Positions 59,802 through 64,000 of a stretch of 64,000 nt of DNA are shown piece by piece. Position 1 is the stretch's first letter. The number at the start of each line of letters is the position of its first letter. The stretch lies in contig JBAXRR010000002.1 of NCBI GenBank assembly GCA_037131125.1, positions 21,605-85,604 on the forward strand. Reading direction: 5' to 3'. Both the position numbers and the translations under genes were made by a program. The stretch comes from a bacterium. GTDB lineage: Bacteria; Patescibacteriota; Dojkabacteria; GCA-016699595; JBAXKR01. Below the pieces are notes generated by a model that saw only the letters and a list, made by a program, of their open reading frames with translations, did no database searches and had not been told where the DNA came from.

Positions 59802-59870
59802 AATTAATTTTGATGACTATGGGACTTAGTGATATAATAAATACACTATAAGTTTAGAGTCATATAAAAC

Positions 59871-61283
59871 ATGGCATTCTTAGATCATACACACAAAGCT
59901 TCTCCTCTAACTAGAATAGGCGGAAGAGGTTTGTCCCCAGATACATCAGAAACATTAAATACAACTTCAAAGATAAGAACCATTGCAAATACCCTCCTTT
60001 ATGATATTGGACTAGCGATAAGACAAGGAAAATTAACTGTTGAAAATAAAGTTAAAGCAAGAGTTGCAGGTAGTGCTACAGTATTAGGATCTGTTGTTAG
60101 TGTAGCAATTTTTGCAATTAGTTCAGGTTTTATAAAGTTACCCCCAATTTCAGCTGCAAGTGTTACAGAAAATTCTGAACCAAATAAAGTATTAGAGGTA
60201 AAACCAACAGAGAAACCAGAACAAATAGCTACTATAGCAGCAGTGCTTCCTACAGTTGAACCTACCAATACACCTGAACCAACTAAAACAGCATTACCTA
60301 CTGCAACATTACCACCAACTGTTGAACCATCACCTACCCCAATTGTTGAAAAAGTTAAGGTTAGTGACGGAATACAATTCAATAAAGATACGAATCTTAT
60401 TAGTATAAAAGGGATTAATGGTGAAATTGAAAAAAGTATTACAATTTCAGGAACAAATATTTTAAAATTCGAAGTAGCTAGTGTGACAAAAGAAGCAACA
60501 AATACTCTAGTATTAAAATTGAGTATAGATAACAAAGTTAATACATTCAAAATAAAATTGGGTGAAAAAAATGAAGAGATCACTGTTGCCCCATATTCAT
60601 TTAGGGGGGGAAATGTGCTTTTCAATGGCAGAATATTGGTTGCTTCTGAAGAAAATAAAGAAAAAAAATTAATTGATAGAATTATGTTCCTAGCAGGAAA
60701 ACTCGATGAAGCAAAAATTGCTGCAAAAATTAAAAAAGAAGCAGCAAAACCAAGCTTTACTTTCACAAATAATATGATAATTTTTGCAAGAACTCTAATG
60801 AGACCTTACTGGGGAGTAAATGAGGAAAGAAATAGGGTAATAGAATTAAATACTAGTGAGTATCCAGAAGTTGGTAGAATGACAGGTATTTTTTTTGGTG
60901 AGCAACTTACTGAAAATTCAGAAACTCAGATTACTGACTATGTAAATTTTTTAAAAAATAACGCAACGGTTTTGGGAATTAAAAACATAACAGTGGAAGA
61001 GCTGAAAATGAGAGCATCTGGTTTAGATAATTCTACAATAATGGGAGATCTTGGTATTAATAGTAGGAGGATTTCCTTCACGGATAGTGAAACAGGAGAA
61101 ATATTTTCCGTTGACACTTCACCATATATTGAAGATTCTGGAGAGCTTTCGGCAAAAATAAGAGCTCAAAAGGAACCACTTCCTGCTTATGTATCAATTT
61201 TAGGTAATCTTACAGCAAGTTTACCAGAGACAGAGGATCCAAGTAATATGACTGCAAAGGTTCTCTTAGAGAGTATGAGATAA
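59871..61283 (+). CDS. Single-TM protein with Pro/Thr-rich linker, unknown function
   Basis: 470 aa; TM near residue 70-90; PTVEPTNTPEPTKTALPTATLPPTVEPSPTP. Confidence 0.7.
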   Translation: MAFLDHTHKASPLTRIGGRGLSPDTSETLNTTSKIRTIANTLLYDIGLAIRQGKLTVENKVKARVAGSATVLGSVVSVAIFAISSGFIKLPPISAASVTENSEPNKVLEVKPTEKPEQIATIAAVLPTVEPTNTPEPTKTALPTATLPPTVEPSPTPIVEKVKVSDGIQFNKDTNLISIKGINGEIEKSITISGTNILKFEVASVTKEATNTLVLKLSIDNKVNTFKIKLGEKNEEITVAPYSFRGGNVLFNGRILVASEENKEKKLIDRIMFLAGKLDEAKIAAKIKKEAAKPSFTFTNNMIIFARTLMRPYWGVNEERNRVIELNTSEYPEVGRMTGIFFGEQLTENSETQITDYVNFLKNNATVLGIKNITVEELKMRASGLDNSTIMGDLGINSRRISFTDSETGEIFSVDTSPYIEDSGELSAKIRAQKEPLPAYVSILGNLTASLPETEDPSNMTAKVLLESMR

Positions 61284-61394
61284 ATTCAGGTTACACAAAT
61301 TCACTAGTAAAACTACCACTTGCAGTTATTCAAACATTAGGTAATAATATATTCAGTTCCTAGTCGCCCGTGACAATATTATTATTGTATTATT

Positions 61395-64000
61395 ATGCTA
61401 ACTGCTACCAATATTAGGACAAAAATATTTAGGTTATTTCTGTTATTGTTTTTCATAACCTCATTCTACTTAGTGCTATTTCAGCCAAAGGAAGTATCTG
61501 CAATGATATGTCGGGGTATTTGTGTTAAATACTGCACAACTATTTATGGGGAGAGGTATATTTGTAATACCAGAGGAGTAACTGCCACAGTTAATTGTAA
61601 TGGATCATGTGGAGATCCTGAGCTATATAATCAATGTAATGCTGATGAGGAATTATCTTCAACTGGAACAATTGGAGGAAGCTCTTGCCCTCCCGCATGT
61701 AGTAGTTATGTATGGTCATATGGTTGCAATAATAATAAATGTACAGGAAATATTGTATGTGCAGATAATGGTTATACCAGTTGGGGTAATTGCTTAGCAA
61801 GTTGTCCAGCAGATACTTCAACCACTCCACCTTATGTGGCTCCGGGTGATCCACCTTGTGACTGGATAGTTGGAAACAGAAATGACTGTGAATGTAGAAT
61901 GAAGTATTCAAACGAAGCTGTTGATAACGGTCAAAATTGTGGTGGATCTAATCAACAAGCACCAAGAGGATGTTCATATCAAGGAGATGCTAATCATGGT
62001 TGTTGTTGCCATCAAAGTCCTCCTCCTCCTCCTCCAAGGTATCGCTGTACAGCAAATTCATGTGCTTATGGTAATCAAAATGGAAATTATGTAGGTAATC
62101 CTACTTGTAGTGGAAATTGTGGTGTTAAATGTACAATTTCTAGAGATGATGGAACACAAGTAAATTCAGGGAGTATGAACCAAAATACTGGACTTTGTGA
62201 CGGAACTGGAGGTAACGTTAATATGGTTAGGAGTGTTACAAACAAAGTTAGCAATCCTGCTAAATTTAAATTAACTTGTAGTTCAGAGGAATTCATTTCA
62301 GGAAATAATGTTAATAGACATTGGTCTATTACAAACATAAAGTATGATAATACCGATATATATAATAATCCGGGAACAGGAATAGTTACTACTCAACCAG
62401 CAGAAATAATTAATTTTAATCCAGCTGCAACAGTGGTACCGACATCTGGATTAATTTCAGTTAAGAGCATGTTTATGAATTTCCGTGTTAGTTACCCTAT
62501 TGAGACTACTGGGATTTCCGCAAGCGGAATAACCTGTGATAATAAGGTTAATCTTGAAAAGCTTGGGGATTCAGTTGGAGGTGAATTTTATGACCAATAC
62601 TCATACACCTGCAGCAAGCTAAATAATCCAGTTGATACGCAAGCGACTCAACAAAATCTACTGAGAGATGAGATTGCAAAAAGATTAAATGGGCCATTAA
62701 GTGGTGGAGTTCCAATTGCACCCAAATGGGGAACTTTCACAAGAGTAGGAAATGGCCCAATTACAACTAGTACAGCAACTACCTCTATTAATAATGATAC
62801 TATTACAACTACACCTGATTCTTTATGTGCAGGAATTCCATGTATTACAGATAAGTTTACAGATATTTTATACTTTAAAGTTAAACATAAGAGTACATAT
62901 ACTCCACCTACGGGTGTTAATTGTACAGACCTTTACCCACTTACGACAGAAGTTACAGGAACATATTATCAATTAATTTGTGCAACTGGTGATACAGCTA
63001 TTACTCAAGCTAATCTTGCTGATTATGCTAGACAAATGCTAAACGGCTCAGGATATAAACCAAATACAAGCCTAGGAATGGGTATTCCTGTTTTTGATGG
63101 AGTATCCCAGTATAACTATACTGATCCTGTTTCAAGTAGCACAAGTACACCAAATGTTACCCCAAGACTTCAAAATGTATATGCCAAAACAGAAGATCCA
63201 AATCTTCAAAAAAATACATTCACAGCGTATTTTGAGGTTAAATTTAAAGATGGTATTACTTATGGAAGTAAAAATATTGATGTTACAGTTACCGATGGAT
63301 ATACAGGAAATCCATCATCAGCAACAGTAAGAGTATCTCAAACGATAGATACATCACTTCCCAAAGTTACCAGAACCATGGAAGTTCAAAGTATGAATAA
63401 GTTCAATGTTAAGAGTGTAGCAACAGATGATCATTCACTTAAAACACATGCTTACTATATAGCTCCTACTAAGTATCAGACGGCTGGGACAAGTGTAACT
63501 CCAGATAATTATCCATTCTTAGCTCAACATAGGGATATGAGTTACTTAGAAGCTAATCAGATAAAAAGTATTTCTGCAGTTACACCTGCAAACGATTTCG
63601 CTAGTGTATCTAATCTAACTAATGAGGGATCTAATTCTGCATATTTCATTTCAAGATCCCTTGCTGCAAATACATTAACAGATACAAGAGAAGCACAATA
63701 TGAATTAGATTTAACAAAACTATCTAACCAGACACAAGCTTATGATTTAACCTTTGGAAATGGGAAAGATAGTGTTAACGGAAGTATATCTAATAATGGA
63801 TTTGGTAGATGGTATGCTGAAGACTCCTTCTGTAATGCATCCTCTCCTGCCCCACAGGATATATCTGTAGGTTCGCCATGGTTACAAAGTAGAGTTGGTA
63901 GCACATATATTAAAGGACCATCTTTAACAAATACGACTTACGCAGCAAATGAATCTATTCATCAGATAACTTCAGGCTGTGTTCCCCTTAGCAGTAGTTT
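61395..64000 (+). CDS. Large exported Cys-rich protein (runs off window end)
   Basis: Manual translation from ATG at 61395: MLTATNIRTKIFRLFLLLFF...PKEVSA-MICRGICVKYC...GCCCHQSPPPPPP...; no stop seen to 64000. Not in the ORF track. Confidence 0.85.
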   Translation, partial: MLTATNIRTKIFRLFLLLFFITSFYLVLFQPKEVSAMICRGICVKYCTTIYGERYICNTRGVTATVNCNGSCGDPELYNQCNADEELSSTGTIGGSSCPPACSSYVWSYGCNNNKCTGNIVCADNGYTSWGNCLASCPADTSTTPPYVAPGDPPCDWIVGNRNDCECRMKYSNEAVDNGQNCGGSNQQAPRGCSYQGDANHGCCCHQSPPPPPPRYRCTANSCAYGNQNGNYVGNPTCSGNCGVKCTISRDDGTQVNSGSMNQNTGLCDGTGGNVNMVRSVTNKVSNPAKFKLTCSSEEFISGNNVNRHWSITNIKYDNTDIYNNPGTGIVTTQPAEIINFNPAATVVPTSGLISVKSMFMNFRVSYPIETTGISASGITCDNKVNLEKLGDSVGGEFYDQYSYTCSKLNNPVDTQATQQNLLRDEIAKRLNGPLSGGVPIAPKWGTFTRVGNGPITTSTATTSINNDTITTTPDSLCAGIPCITDKFTDILYFKVKHKSTYTPPTGVNCTDLYPLTTEVTGTYYQLICATGDTAITQANLADYARQMLNGSGYKPNTSLGMGIPVFDGVSQYNYTDPVSSSTSTPNVTPRLQNVYAKTEDPNLQKNTFTAYFEVKFKDGITYGSKNIDVTVTDGYTGNPSSATVRVSQTIDTSLPKVTRTMEVQSMNKFNVKSVATDDHSLKTHAYYIAPTKYQTAGTSVTPDNYPFLAQHRDMSYLEANQIKSISAVTPANDFASVSNLTNEGSNSAYFISRSLAANTLTDTREAQYELDLTKLSNQTQAYDLTFGNGKDSVNGSISNNGFGRWYAEDSFCNASSPAPQDISVGSPWLQSRVGSTYIKGPSLTNTTYAANESIHQITSGCVPLSSS

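Noticed and set aside
1054-63330. Many 60-255-aa ORFs antisense to or nested in longer genes (e.g. 8809..9300, 46744..47298, 52322..52861, 59999..60766, 61591..63330)
   Set aside because: Shadow frames of well-supported CDSs with no recognisable motifs.

Overview
AT-rich (roughly 30% GC by eye) chromosomal window using the standard genetic code. The gene mix is most consistent with a small-genome Patescibacteria (CPR, possibly Dojkabacteria-like) organism; this is inference only. Housekeeping genes are scattered: folD, glyA, cysS, gatB, recJ, fmt, trmD, pnp, murJ, holA and tRNA-Ser(GCT). Between them is an unusually rich cell-surface repertoire: a sortase, several proteins with non-canonical sorting signals (VPSTA, LPGTA, LAVTG), a protein O-mannosyltransferase, Ser-rich linkers, three large Cys-rich exported proteins and a 2162-aa mosaic adhesin. 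Also present: a flavodoxin / ADP-forming acetate-CoA ligase / 2-oxoacid oxidoreductase operon, an FtsA-like ATPase coupled to a baseplate-J-like membrane protein, a Bro-N gene and an AbiE toxin-antitoxin pair. Best leads: (i) a two-gene surface cassette flanked by a 159-bp direct repeat of the 3' end of a JAB-like gene, whose 7 differences are all synonymous; (ii) the sortase plus glycosylation locus; (iii) the FtsA-like/baseplate-J-like pair; (iv) a 93-nt G-U-rich hairpin in the pnp leader; (v) twin palindromes upstream of abiE. Two CDSs run off the window ends and are missing from the ORF track. I saw no CRISPR array, rRNA, integrase or reverse transcriptase.
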